This document shows positions 1-13,960 of a stretch of 64,000 nucleotides of DNA, one piece after another (positions within the stretch are counted from its first letter, which is position 1; each line of letters opens with the position of its first letter). The DNA is from the human T2T-CHM13v2.0 reference genome, Homo sapiens, in NCBI RefSeq assembly GCF_009914755.1, contig NC_060934.1. One strand, 5' to 3'. The notes beneath the pieces are model-generated. The model had not been told where the DNA came from and made no database searches. It saw only the letters and a list, made by a program, of their open reading frames with translations. Made by a program: the position numbers and the translations under genes.

Positions 1-89
1 ACATTGGAAATAATTAGGATGATCCTGTGTTGTTATGTGCTGAGCTGATAGATCGTAGCTCAGTTTTCATTGATGAGAGAGAGTAAGAC

Positions 90-200
90 ATTTGATTTCA
101 AATCTTAACTCTACTGCTATGACCTCGGGTAAGTTAAACGGTGCCTCAGTTTCCTCATCTGTAAACTGGGGATAACAACGTCACCCACCTCATAAGTTCA
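90..200 (+). mobile_element. MIR SINE fragment
   Basis: Contains the MIR core 'gtgcctcagtttcctcatctgtaaactggggataac'. Confidence 0.7.
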
Positions 201-3200
201 TTCATACTCGTTGAATCAGTATCAACCAGTATAGACAGGAACTGGAACATGTTAATTACTCTATGATTATTTATTAAATTTTTTCCAGCAAATAATTTGG
301 AAGGAATGAGCGTATGTTGCAGACAAGCCTCAGAAAGACAGGGCTTCTGCGTTTTCCTTTTAGAATGTTGAACCTTCTAGTCCAACTCAGACTGAGGACC
401 ACAATCAAACCAACATCCCTCTTCAGGGCTGGCTTCAACAACCCTGTTCCCATGACAGCACAGCTCAGCTCTGCTGATAATTCCCAGCGAGGGTTGAGAA
501 GGCACATAGCTCTCTCACTTCCTCTCTGCAATACCCGAGATATTTGAGTGCTTAAACTATATCGAGAAACACAGCTCTAGGACTCTGCCTGTGAAACTTC
601 TGAGCTTCACACAATGTGCTGCACTAATCCAGAGTTGCCCTATTTCTGTATCTGCAGAAAACCCATCAGGGGGTGGAGTCACCGAAGGAAGGTGCTTCAG
701 AAGAGCTTCACACACACACACAGCCCCCACAAGGTGGTCAGCATTTATTAATGGCCCCAATAGCTCCATCATCACACGGAGCAACCGTGCTGTCTGGGAG
801 ACTCGTATACATGAACCCTTGTTTCACTCCAAGGGCAGGTATGGTGGCCGGAAAGTAACGTGTCTGTTAAATGTTCTTCTGATGTTGGTGGAGTGGGGAA
901 ACAAAACTGAAAACTGTCTTTGAACACTTCATTTAGACCCTAATTTGAAAGTTACGATCGAAATTTTGGCAAACCTTTTTCTTGAAGTTCCTCCAATTGG
1001 TTCTTTTTTGTATAATTTATGAAAATGCTGTTTTCACAGATACTTGCTGTTTTCTGTATTTTATTTATTTTGCATAAGACGATGCATAATAGATGATGCT
1101 AGGGCGACGGCTAGGCGAGAAAGCCTTTGTTTCTCATCACAGAGGGGCTTTAAAGAAGAGGCTCGCAGCGACAAGTGCGTTAACTCCAGCGTGGTTTCCA
1201 GCACGTCTCACTCTGCTGTTGCAAGCAGGGCTGCGAGTGAGCAGTGCTGGTAAGCTGCCATTCCCCGATGAGCCTCCTCACCTCCTGCCTGTTTCCCACA
1301 GTGCCTCAGCGCAGCTTTGCAACGTGGTGGGATGAGCAGCAGTTGGAAGAGGCTTCAGGAGCAGGAGCCAATCTCGCCCGGTGCCCATCAGGAGATGTCG
1401 CTGTGGTGTCCCCAGCTACTTCATGCTCAGTCCCTGCTCTTCCCACAAAACAAAGCACCAGCAGAGAGGTTGCAAGGAGGAACAGGCAGCTACAAAGCCA
1501 ACTGCAGCCCGGCATGAACCTATAGGGGTCGGGGGGAGACGGGTGAGGCATAGAAAGGAGCCCTTGGCTGGATAGAAGGGGCAGTGCTGCCTCCACAGTG
1601 AGTCCCCACACCCAAATGGCATGTGTGTGCCAGGAGGAAGAGTTTTCTCAATCAAGGCCAGAAAGGGTCCTCTTGTTGGAGTTGCTTAAAGCTCCCCCAA
1701 CTCACTGTTGCTCTCATCAGTCCTACAATGTTACAGGTCTCCTGTGTGATATTTTGCTTGTTTCTTCAATGTCTGTCTCTCCATAGATCACAAGCACCAC
1801 AGGAGGCAAAACCACGTCTCTCTGTGGCTTTGCGGCTGTGCGGGCACTGACCTGGGACACAAGTGTCCTTGCAGGGCAGAGGCTGATATTTACCACTGGG
1901 GCAGTGCTTGCTCTGCTCAAGGTATGGTTCTGAGCTTAAATGTTATAGTGACTCTCAGTTAATGCACAAGACCTCGATGGCGGCAGGACTGAAACAATAT
2001 TCATTTCAGAGGCTCAGACAACTTAGGTAACTTGCTAGAAGTCACACGGGTTACTAGTCAGGATTCACATTCAGCACATCCTAACTTCACAGTCTGGGGT
2101 TGTTACCACTACGCCCTGCTGGTATTTTATCCTGCAGCCTGAAATTGGTAGATTTTGTGAACTTCTACAAGCCTTCTTGAGATAAGCAAAAAATACATTA
2201 AATAGTGACTCAAAGCTTCAGTAAGCCTATGTGTGTGCATAATATACACACATATAAACATATCAGAATTTTTCTTTCCTCAGAATGAACATACAATGTG
2301 GACAGAAAGACCTTATCATCCTCATTTTTCCCCTGAGGTTACGAAGGTGAAGTGTGAGGTCTGGATTCGTGTCATGTTGCCAGATAGCAGCAGAGCCATG
2401 ACCCGAATGTAAGGTTCCAATACATTCCCGAAATAACAGCCATGAGAAATTTCATAGATTCACATAACTGCCCTGATCTTTTATTTCTGCAAAAGAGAGA
2501 CCTAAGGCATCCTTCCTGCGGCTGACCACACAGCTTGCATCTTTTAACCCATATTCAGATCATCTTGTGCCCACTCCCGAATGTTTTCCTCTCAACTCCT
2601 TGACCTGTCTGAAGACATGGACAACTATTCTTTGCTTCAAAGTCCTGATGGTCAATACTGACTTACAATACTTCAGTTCTTAATGCATTGCAATGTCTTT
2701 CCAGATAGTTAAAGGGTTGGCTGACTTGATTTCTTATTGGTTTCCCGAAACAAATAACACTGACAAACAAACATGGTTTCTTTAGAATCAGAATTCTAGT
2801 TAATATCCCCTTCCCTCCATCAGACAATTTCACTAGGTGGAAAATAGCAGAATAAAGGATTCTCTGGAGATATTTGTGTTTGCTGACTCACTTTATCATC
2901 ACATATGACACACAATTATGACTTTTTACAAGAAATAGCACAAGGGGACTTTTTTACTCTTTCATCTTCAGCCGTTGCTCTTAAGTCTAAATAACACACA
3001 TCAAAGAACTTGGGCATGAGACCTGAAAGTATTTCCAAATAATATTGTGCAATATACCTGCTATGCCACATGCACGTGTATTCACATTCTCTTCAAAGGG
3101 CATGGAAGGAGGCTGGTGAAGGGGAGGGGGCAGCAGAGAAGTCCCAGGATGCAGAGGAGCATCTTGAATATGAAATGCTCTTTATCCTACACTTTTACCA

Positions 3201-3304
3201 GAGTAGTTTTTCCCTTTGTTCATTCTTTTTCTTGGAGGCATGCTTATGGTTTGAGAACAGCAAATGCACACTTAGCAATTTCCTGAATGAACTTGGTGTA
3301 AAGC

Positions 3305-3570
3305 AGGCGGGTGGATCACCTGAGGTCAGGAGTTCGAGACCATCCTGGCCAACATGGTGAAACCCCGTCACTCCTAAAAATACAAAAATTAGCGAGGTGT
3401 GGTGGTGCACACCTGTAGTCTCAGCTACTGGGGAGGCTGAGGCATGAGAATCACTTGAACCCAGGAGGCAGACATTGCAGAGAGCCAAGATTGCACCACT
3501 GCACTCCAGCCTGGGTGACAGAGTGAGACTCCATCTCAAAAAAATAATAAAAAATAAAATAAAATAAAAA
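3305..3570 (+). mobile_element. AluS (Sx-like), 5'-truncated
   Basis: Begins at about consensus nt 50 ('aggcgggtggatcacctgaggtcaggagttcgagacc'). Has the mid A-linker, right arm and an (AAAAT)n tail. Confidence 0.93.
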
Positions 3571-6500
3571 GACAGTGCTTGGAAAATACAAGTGAAAAAA
3601 AAATCCTACATGCATAATCACAAGAACAGACTCCAAATTCTGCTTCTGTTGGTGCTATGGGTCTAACACATTGGGGAAGACATAACCCTTTCTGAACATC
3701 ATCTGTAAAAGGAGGGAAAATGATGGCACAGAACTGCTATGAAGATAAAGAAAAAGGATGCAAATTTCTTTGTGAATGATCCTGAAATGCCAAGGTCACG
3801 TAAGATGTTTATGTGTCTTCTTTTAACACAGTTGATTTTAATCACGAACGTACCTGTGCCCAGGTGAAAGCACTGAAAATCAAGATCGTCTTTAAGATCA
3901 AGGGAACTCAGGGATGGAGGCTTCCACCCCACAAGCCCAGGAGACTCCCAGGCCCATTTATTATGCAGCGCAGGTGACCTCAAGTAATCAATCTTTCCTC
4001 AGGGCTAATTGTAACAGCTGATTCCATTTCTTCCTGAAGGTCCAGGTCGTTTGTGAGATGGCTCTACCAGCTGCAGGGAGAATGTGCTGATCAGTTGTTT
4101 TATGATATCCGTGGCCTTTGGATAGAGTAAAGTATGGTATTTTACTACTAAATATTTGTGCAGGATATGAGAAATAATGGCCTGAAATAATCCTCTTCAA
4201 TATTCTAGATAGGTTCAATTACTTACATTTACATTGACAATGCCCTTGGTTGCTAGTTTCTGAAATGGGAAACCTTAATATTTTATGGAATCATAAAAAT
4301 TACCATTATTTAAAGCTACATTAATGCATGGCCTACCCTCGGTGTTTCTTTGTGTCTTAAACGAGTATGGTTCAAAGAGTTATTTTTTTCACACTTTCCA
4401 AATCTTCTCTTTGAACCAGTGATTTTCAAAACGAACGATGTCATATCCCCAGAGCACTGTGTGACAGCAGGAAGAGAGGAGGAAAACAAAACACAGATGG
4501 AATTAATGGTTTGGGGTGTTAATCAATGTAATAAATTGAAAGGAAAGGATGAAAGCTTGTCGAGAATACATTTCTGTTATTTAAACTAGGGTAGGCTGAT
4601 GTAATGAATTTATTTCAATTTTCCACTCTGATGTTTAAAGTCTAAACACTTCATTTCCTCCTCCGGCTTCCTCCTTTCTCTCGATATCTGAGGCGCAGGT
4701 GGTGCCCATCTGTGAGACTCCAATTCTTCATTTTCCGGCTCTCTCCCTGGTCTTGGCCTTCGGGGACCACATGCAGAGGCCTGAGTGGACGGCTGCTTGT
4801 CACGTGGTTTTGATGCTTGAACTGGCATCTCCGGCCATTGATAGCATTAATTTAAAAACCCTAGATTTTAATTCCGTACATTTGGTTCCAGCAGGGAGAG
4901 GAAGAGCAAGGGAAACTCTTATTGGGTTCCAAGCAAGGATGAAGCCTGGGGAGCTGGGCAGCCTTGGGTTTCTGCTTCCCCGAGACCCCAGCCTGACTGG
5001 GATCCAGGTGAGGGTCACTGAGAAGTCCCCGATGCAGGCCCTGCCACCTGTCTCATTTTTTTGAGTCAACAAATGAGTAAAATGGACAATCGCAGAGGGG
5101 ATGTGTGGCTACCCTGAGGGTCAAAACCACGTAATATTATCCCTTAACAGAATGAGCGTGGGCTTCATGAAAGGTAACTGCTCACACGAGCAGAAAATGT
5201 TGCTGAACTAGAATGGATGTGTGCAAACAGCAGGTGATGAAGGACCTCACTTTGCTACTATTGTATCCACTCGGTACTCAAAGGCTGGCCAGACAGCCAA
5301 ATCCCCCAAAACGCAGTGACATCCTCTTATTCCTCAAAATCCTGGGTCCATGCAGAACAGCCCTTGCTCTGAGGGCAAATAAATATTAGGAGAGAAACCC
5401 TGTCCCACTCATGTCTGTGAAAAACAGCAGCACCTTCTGCCACAATTGCGAAAGAAATAAGGAACCTGAACAGGAGGCAGAGGAAGGGGTCCCTCCAGGA
5501 CAGTGGCCGAGAGCAGAGTCCATCAGCTGTGTTCCCAGGGTGGATGGCAAAGCGGAGGCACCCCTGCAGCCATGGCAGATAAGTTCACGGGGTCTTGCTC
5601 CTGGCGGGGAGGAAAAGAGGGAAATGAAATTCATCCATGTCTCCTTCCCGCGAAGCTGCTCTTCTCAGCCTCACCCAAGCAATTTTGGTCATAATTCTGG
5701 GTTTTCATCTTGATAATTGTCCTAGAGACATTGGGGTTCCACTAACATTTTCTGAAAATGAAGCCAGTTTTCCACTTCCATGCTTCCTTTTTCATATTTC
5801 CAGTGCTCAGAAAAATTATTTATACGGCCATCCATGACTTCGAAACCCTGTCCCTGGGGAAAGCTCCCACTGATGAGCTCCAACCCTGGCCTGGCCTGTG
5901 CCAGGGGAAGCATTACTTCCTCCAGACATTTTGGTGAAGATTAAACCAGTTAACACTTGTAAGAGTTATCGGAACAGTGGAAATCTGTGAGTGCAGGTAC
6001 AGGAAAATAACTCGAGCCAGCTGTTGTCTTGCAGAGCACCCTTCATGTCCGCAGGCAGCAGACGGGCTCGTGCCCTTCAGCCCCAGGAAGGGTCCCAGCA
6101 CCGCGGTCGTTGCCCAGAGGGCAGAGCCGCTGGACTCCCAGTTTTGGCCCTACCAGCCACATGGGCTGTGGCTTCACGTCCCCGATCTGCAGAAGGCACC
6201 GGGTTGTTATGTGGTTGAAGAATGTCAGCATTTGTGAGGCTCAGAACACTGCTGGGCACACAGAGTGCTGTGCAGATATTTGTTATATCATGGCAGAAAA
6301 ATAAAAAAAATGCAGGGAACTCACGCCATTGCTTTAGACAGCAGTGTTGAGGGTCTATTTTCACACCTGGAGTGCACCTTGGGAATGTATTATACATGTG
6401 CCTGTGGGTGGGTTTTCTCCTTATACTGTCTAACTACAGATATTAACTAAATGGACATATTTTATTTTGTTAGATTTTACACTGGGATGGGGTGGGGCTT

Positions 6501-6769
6501 TAGAGAATACAACTAACTTTCTTAGTGCAGGTCTCTATTTTCATAGATCTTTGGTTCACCACAAAATATTGTTAAAATATATTTGGGAAAAGTCATGGGA
6601 GAGACCATTGCAGTCTTTGAAGAAGAAAGAATGCAGAAAGATGGAGACTAAAACACATTCCAAGAGAAATGAATAAGTACAAGGAAAACATGAAGCAGGT
6701 GGAATAGGAGAGTGGGTCCCTCTGAGCCGTGCACGCAGGGGTGTGTAGACACTGACCACAGGGAGGGAG

Positions 6770-6950
6770 TGGGTTTGGAGCCAAGCAGACCTCAGCCCAA
6801 GCTTAGTTGAGTCACCTGTTACCTACATGACAGCTGTGCTGTCCTCATCTGTGGGGTGTCCACATAAATATTCATCTCACGGTGTTGTGAGGATCAGGCG
6901 AGGTTGCTTATGTGAAATGCCATGTTCCCAGGCACTCACAAACATCAGTA
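6770..6950 (+). mobile_element. MIR SINE fragment
   Basis: 'cctcatctgt...ctcacggtgttgtgaggatcag...tatgtgaaatgc' resembles the MIR core and 3' part. Confidence 0.55.
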
Positions 6951-7310
6951 GAGTGTCACTGATAGCCTGTCGGACTGGGACATTGGTTTCCCTGCAATAC
7001 TTAGGTTAATATGATCACTGCACACAGCAGTTTCCACACTGATGCTTCAAAGCTTTGCTGGAATCCAACTGTCTGAGGTGGCATCCCAGAGTCATGGCAC
7101 CGAGGCGTCCATGAAGCCTGGAGCAGCCTGGCTGTGGGTGAAAGGGACGCAGGGCTGTGGAAAGTCACCTTGGTTTTCCTCCTGGTCCTCCACAGCTGCC
7201 AACACATCAGAGGGAGATCCGATTTCCAGGACAGTGGCAGTGATCCATGTAGATTGCAGTTCCAGTGCAATCAATGGATGTGACACATGGTCAGTGCTGG
7301 ACCTAGTGGA

Positions 7311-7520
7311 GGTGGGGCTGTGAGAGCACTCAGATGGCAGTGCAGGGCATGGCGGGGCAGCAGTGTGTGGGTGCCTGGGAAGGTGGGAGTGTGAGAGCTC
7401 ACAGGTAATGGTGGGAGGCATGGCAGGGCAGCAGTGTGCTGGGTGGGTGCCTGTGAAGGTGGGGCTGTGTGAGTGCTCACAGATGGCAGTGGAGGGCATG
7501 GCAGGGCAGCAGTGTGTTTG
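7311..7520. repeat. Degenerate G-rich tandem repeat, ~71-76-bp unit x3
   Basis: Units start near 7311, 7382 and 7458 and share 'ggcatggc(a/g)gggcagcagtgtg'. Confidence 0.75.
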
Positions 7521-8071
7521 TGTCTGTGTAGCCTCTGGGGCAGGTCTGTGCTGTTGTTCTCCATAATTGCTGGTGGCAGTGGAGCCCGCTGGGCGCGGAG
7601 GGCAAGCATGCAGCCTGCATCTGCTCTGCACTGCAATCTGTTCTGGGTGTCACCAGCTGACCCACAGTGTCAGTGACCACCTCCTGGCGGATCTGACAGC
7701 CCTGAAGACACTCCTCCTCTTGGCCGGGAGTCCAGAGGCTGGTCATTAAAGCAATAATTAATCCCAGGCTCTCCTACAAAACGATGGGAAGGGAAAAATC
7801 ACTTTGGGCTGTTATTAAAATGTTTTCAATTTCTTTCGTATCCAGGAAACAGTTTCTGATAAATAAAGGAAATATGCTAATATGATCTTTCTTTTAAAAA
7901 AGGGAAAATTGAAAGATGCCGTTTGAAAAAATCTAATCTTATATCTGCAACCTACATGTACAATAATATTTCAGTAATTTTAGTGTTGGACTTTAATAAT
8001 TTTGATGTGTAAGTTTTCATGATTTGTATCATTTGTACATGTATTTCAATTTTCTTAAAAGAATATTTTCT

Positions 8072-8270
8072 AGCTGGGCACTTTGGGAGGCTGAGGCAGG
8101 AGGATTGCTAGAGCCCAGGAGTCAAGACAACCCCAGGCAACATAGTGAAACCCCACCTCTACAAGAAATGAAAAAAAAAATTAGGTGGGCCTGGTGGTAC
8201 AAACTTGTAGTCCCAGCTTCTCAGGAAGCTAAGGCAGGAGGATCACTTGAGCCCAGGAGGTCCAGGTCAA
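8072..8270 (+). mobile_element. AluJ-type element, internally deleted at 5' and truncated at 3'
   Basis: J-type motifs 'ggaggattgc..gagcccaggag' and 'ggaggatcacttgagcccaggagg'. The sequence breaks off into the minisatellite. Confidence 0.85.
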
Positions 8271-8668
8271 GTGTCACATGAATCACGTGACATGTATGCG
8301 AGTGTCACATGAATCGCCTGACGTGTACACGAGTGTCACATGAATCACCTGACGTGTACGCAAGTGTCACATGAATCGCGTGACGTGTATGCGAGTGTCA
8401 CATGAATCGCCTGATGTGTACGTGTCACATGGATTGCGTGACATGAACGTGACTGTCACATGGATCGCCTGATGTGTATGTGTCACATGGATTGCGTGAC
8501 GTGTATGCGAGTGTCACATGGATCGCGTGATGTGTATGCGAGTGTCACATGGATCGCGTGATGTGTATGCGAGTGTCACATGGATCGCGGGATGTGTATG
8601 CGAGTGTCACATGGATTGCGTGATGTGTACACGAGTGTCATATGAATCACGTGACGTGTACGTGAGTG
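8271..8668. repeat. Minisatellite, 31-bp unit x13 (two 27-bp variants)
   Basis: Consensus GTGTCACATG(G/A)ATCGCGTGA(T/C)GTGTATGCGA. Unit starts at 8271, 8302, 8333, 8364, 8395, 8422, 8453, 8480, 8511, 8542, 8573, 8604 and 8635. Confidence 0.97.
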
Positions 8669-10156
8669 CTTCCACCTCCGGCTCACATGTTATTTTCCCC
8701 TGCAAAGCTGCAGGATCTGAACTCTGGAGGGTAAGGTGGTGAGGGATGGGCGTGTCCTCCAGGTGCCCACATGGGGCCAGCTGACTGAGTCAGCCCCAGT
8801 TTCCTGAGGAAGGACTCAAAAGGATTTTCTGGTTCATCCAGGTGAGTAAGTTCAAGTAAAGCCACCCAGAGTTGGGGAAAGGACCGCCCAGATTTATCAG
8901 CACAGCCTACCTCGGACACAATTCTAAAGGGAACTTGGATTTAGACTCTTAAGTGAGCTTTTGTTTCTCTCACTTTTCTCTAAATAATTTGATCTTCCTC
9001 ATAGCATTGCATGGATTTTATAGGATGAAAGGAAGCCTCGAATGATCAACTGTAATAATGAATTTCCAAAGCTTTCATAGCCGCAGAGGCTCCTCTTCAA
9101 ATGAATGTGCATGTTGAAGGCTGATGACTTAATTCTCTGTGGCTGAGCCACTGTATGGGAAGCAGAGTGGGAACCCCTTGCTGTTCATGGCCTCTGGGGC
9201 CATGAAGCGTTTCTCATCTAACACTAAGCAAGTCATTTAAGAAGCTCTATCTGATAATCTTGTTTAGAAATGTTTTATCCAGTTTTCTACCAAAATTAAA
9301 GTGAAACCTCTTTTACCAAGCTTCATTTCATTTCCTTTCCAACCAGGTGGCTTCAGCTTGTTTCAGTCATGGACAGTGGACGTCTTGCTTCATTTGTTGA
9401 TCACAGGGTTTTCTGCTCTCTCCGCCCATGTGAAACAGAAAAATCATAGGTGGTTATTATTTTAAAACCCCTTTGTTTTCAGAAATTAGAATTAGGATTG
9501 GATCCCTGGTAACAGAGCAAACAATATTGATTTTCTGTTTGAATGATAGGACTTTTGATTTTCAGCTCAGTGTATAAGGGTCTTGAAAGTCTTTCCCTCT
9601 TCCTTAGGAAAAACTTTAAAAAATCCCTGAAAGTCAACAACTCTTCCTAGATTCTTCTGAGAAGTGAGGTCACAGGGAAAACTAGTACCCTAAAAGTTGT
9701 GGAGGCAGGTGTGTGGATAGAGAACCAACTTAGCAGAGCAGCTGTCCAGGAGGAGACACTTCTGTGGGAACAAGTGCCAGCAGAAAACCTAAGCTGCGAT
9801 TGAGGTGTGGCTGCGCGCTCAGTGCAGAGGAGTCAGAGGCACAAAAGCTCTGGAGGACTCAGTCACAGACAGCGGGGAGGGCATACATTTCCAAGTGTTA
9901 CCTCCAGGAACTCAACCAGTTCTCACAGAGAAGGTCAGAGAAAAGGCTCCTCCTGCCTCTAGCAGTGGGAGGAGAAGGTGAAAGTGGGTCTTTTTGAAAT
10001 AGGCTAGGGCATTTATTTCACCTTAGAAAAGCCTGCTCTTGAGAGAAGTGGTTTTATCAAAGTCCAACCTACTGGGGTTTTATCTGGGTCTAACCCACCT
10101 AGGAGAGGGGAAATGCCAAATCTCCACCCTGACCTTTCTGAACCATCTAAGGCGTG

Positions 10157-10289
10157 TTGTCTTGGGCCACACAAAATACACTAGTGACAGCTGATGAGCT
10201 TAAATAAAAGTCAATGCATAATTTTCATGATATCTGCCACCACAGATAGGCAAAAAAAGTCATTGCATTCAAAGGTTTGAACATGGCTG
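10157..10289 (+). mobile_element. MER30B-like hAT-Charlie DNA transposon fragment
   Basis: 'ttgtcttgggccacacaaaatacacta..gctgatgagct...gcattcaaaggtttgaacatggctg' matches the recalled MER30/MER30B consensus. Confidence 0.7.
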
Positions 10290-11595
10290 ATCCAAGGGCG
10301 AGTAAAACAAACAAATAAAAATCAAACAATGCAAACACATCTGTGAAGGTCACAGGCCAGGGGACACAGGCTCACTAAAGACCAAGACCTAATCATAGGA
10401 CTCTGGGACTTGTCCCCCTCCTAACTCCTCACCACCACTTCAACAAGTCTCTTGTATAACAGCAGAAGAAAAAGACTGACAGAACTGTTTGTCTCAGACC
10501 TATTTAAGAAGATGTCTCCAGGGAAACCCAAAGACAACAAGAGAAACAAAAACACAGGACATCAGCTAGCTATGGCAAGCAGGAAATGTGACCTAACTCG
10601 TAGCTAGACAAATATCAGACCTCACACTGAAGGTCTATTCGCTGCTATCCCTTTTACCCAGCACATCATATCTGATTTTCAACACAAAATTACAAGGCAC
10701 CCTAAAGTCAATAAAACATAATTGGAAGAGGCAGAATCAGAATCACAACCATACTCAGGTATGGCAGAGATGTTGGAGTTATGAGACTGGGAACTTAGAA
10801 CAGCTATGATGAATGTGCAAGGGCTTTAATGGAAAAAGTAGATAACCTACAAGGACAGATGGGTAATGTAAGCAGAGAGATGAAAACACTAAGAAAGAAT
10901 AAAAAGGAAATGCTGGAAACAAAAACTGTAACAGAAATGAATTTATGGGCCATTCAGTAAACCAGACAGGGCTGAGGAAAGAATTAGTAAGCCCAAAGAA
11001 ATGTTAAGAGAAACATCTGGAAGTGAAATGCGGAGAGAAAGAGGAAGGAAAAAAGACACACCAGCCGATGCAAGACCTGTGGGACAATTATAAAAATTGT
11101 AATGAGAAATGCCAGAAAGAAAGTAGATAAAAAGAAGTATTTGTAGTAAAAATGACTGAAAATTATTCCACAACTAATGATAGATATCAAACCATAGATC
11201 CCAGAAGCTCAGAGAACACCAGGAAGGATAAATACCAAAAAAATCTACACCTAAGCCTGTCATGTTTAGACTGTAGAAGATCAAAGGAAAGGGAGTTTTA
11301 AAAGAAGTCCTTTAAAAGAGAGAGAGGGGTGGAAAAGAAACACCTTGCCTCTAGAGGAACTAGGATAAGAATTATGTTAGACTTCTCTTCAGAAACCATG
11401 CAAGCAAGAAGAGAGTGGAGTGAAATATTTAAAGTATTACAAGAAAAAAAAGAAATACAAATGTAAAATTCTGTGTCCAGCAAAATCATCCTTCAAAAGT
11501 GAAGAAGACAAGCGTGTGACTGAGATAAAATATTTACAAAAGACATATCTTATAAACGACTGGTATCTAAAATATACATACAAAGCACTCTTAAA

Positions 11596-11915
<320 letters not shown>

Positions 11916-13576
11916 CTAACAAACATGATATACAGATAGCAAGTAAAGACATGTAAAGATATTCAGCATCATATGTCATTAGGAAATTGCAAATTAAAAC
12001 AATAATAAGATATTACGACACACTTATTAGAATGATCAAAATCCAAAACACTGACATCATCAGATGTTGGTGAGAATGTGGAGCAACAGGAACTCTCATT
12101 CACTGCTGATGGAAATGCAAAATAGCACAGCCACTGTGGAAGCCAATTTGGCAGTTTCATGCAAAACTAAACATACACTTAATATAACATGAAGCAATCA
12201 TGCTCCTTGATATTTACCAAAATTAGTCAAAACATAAGTCTACACAAAACCTGCACACAAGTATTTACAGGAACTTTATTCATAGTTGCCAAAACTTGGA
12301 TATAACCAAGATATTTTTCACTAGGTGAATGGATAACCAAACAGGTACATCCATAAGTGAAATACTATCCAGTGATAAAAAATAATATATCAGACCAAGA
12401 AAAGATATGGAGGAAGGAATCTTAACTGCATCTTAAGTGAAAGAAGCCAATCCGAGAAAGTTGCATACTGTACAATTCCAACTTTATGACATTCTGGAAA
12501 AGGAAAAACTACAGAGGCAGTAAAAAGATCAGTGGCTGTCAGAGCTTGGAAGAGGAAGGGATGAACAGGAGGAGCACAGAAGATATTTAGGGCAGGGAAA
12601 CTGCTCTGTGTGATGCTCTAATAATGTGGATATGTCTTGTTATAGATTTGTCAAAACACATAAAATGTATAGCAAGAGTAAACCCTAATGTCAGCTACAG
12701 GCTCTGGGTGATAATGATGTCCCAATGTAGGTTTGTCAATTGAAAATGCACCATATTCATTCAAGATATTAACAGGAAAGTGAGGAAGAAAGAATTGATT
12801 TAGCAAGAATTTGGTTTACAGAAAAACTGAGTGGTGGAGATTAACAAAAAGCTACTAATTACAAAATTAAAAATTTAGACGAAAGATCTGTGGTTTTAGA
12901 GGTATTAGAGAGAAGGAAAAATATGTGCAAAAAGTATAAGGATCCATAGATATATCAGTGGAAATGGACATTTTACCACATGCTCATGTTTTACGACAAG
13001 GGACAAAATTCTCTAAGCTTTCCTTATAATGAGAATCATTCTGCTTAGGTGAGGCATATTATTTTATATTACTGGACATAGAGTCTCTTTGAATAGTAAA
13101 GTATTGCTAAATTAGGCACATATTTTGATAAATTATGTAATACTAATTATCTTGATTGCTGGTAGATTACATGAGCTACTCAAAAATAGATGCCTGGTAC
13201 AGCTTAATACAGTTCATTGATTTATTCCATCTCAATTTCATTTTAAAGGAGCTCAAAACAAAATGCCCTTCAGCTAGATACAACAATTTTCAGTACTTAG
13301 CTATGAGAACCCACAAAAAAAATGACAAAAAATAGGTACCAAATATACTAAAATAAAAATGTTTGAGAGAATTTCATAGTGTCAGTACAGAGTCAATTCC
13401 ATCTTATCATCAGTGATTCTCAACTTTATTTATTTATTAGAAAAGTTGGGGGAAAGTCGAGACATTGAAAAGCAATCCAAGGACTCCCAACTGCCTCTGA
13501 GATTGGAATCCAAATATTAGCACCTTTTAAAGCTCCACAGGCAACCTGAACCCACAGCCAAGTTTAATCACCACTG

Positions 13577-13960
13577 CTCTGCTCCATGCAAAGAGGAAGG
13601 TTGGGGACACTACTCTGCTCCACACACACAGTAAGGTTGGAGACACCACTCTGCTCCATCACACAGGAAGGCTGGGGACACAGCTCTGCTCCATGTATGC
13701 AGAAATGTTGGGGACCCCTGCTCTGCTCCATCACACAGGAAGGTTGGGGACACAGCTCTGCACCATTCACACAGGAAGGCTAGGGACACAGCTCTGCTCC
13801 ATCACACAGGAAGGCTGGGGGCACTGCTTTGCTCTGTCACACTGGAAGTTTGGGAACACCACTCTGCACCATCCACACAGGAAGGATGGGGACACTACTC
13901 TGCTCCACACACACAGGAATGCTGGGGACCAGTGTTCTGCACCATCTACGTTGGAAGGTT
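13577..13960. repeat. Degenerate minisatellite, 35-37-bp unit x~11
   Basis: Consensus CTCTGCTCCATCACACAGGAAGG(C/T)TGGGGACACAG recurs at 13577, 13613, 13649, 13684, 13721, 13756, 13792, 13827, 13862, 13898 and 13935. Confidence 0.9.

Noticed and set aside
7092-7631. 179-aa ORF and other repeat-encoded ORFs (27351-27799, 41295-41995, 62396-62902)
   Set aside because: Several frames on both strands are open because the tandem repeats lack stop codons. No recognisable domains.
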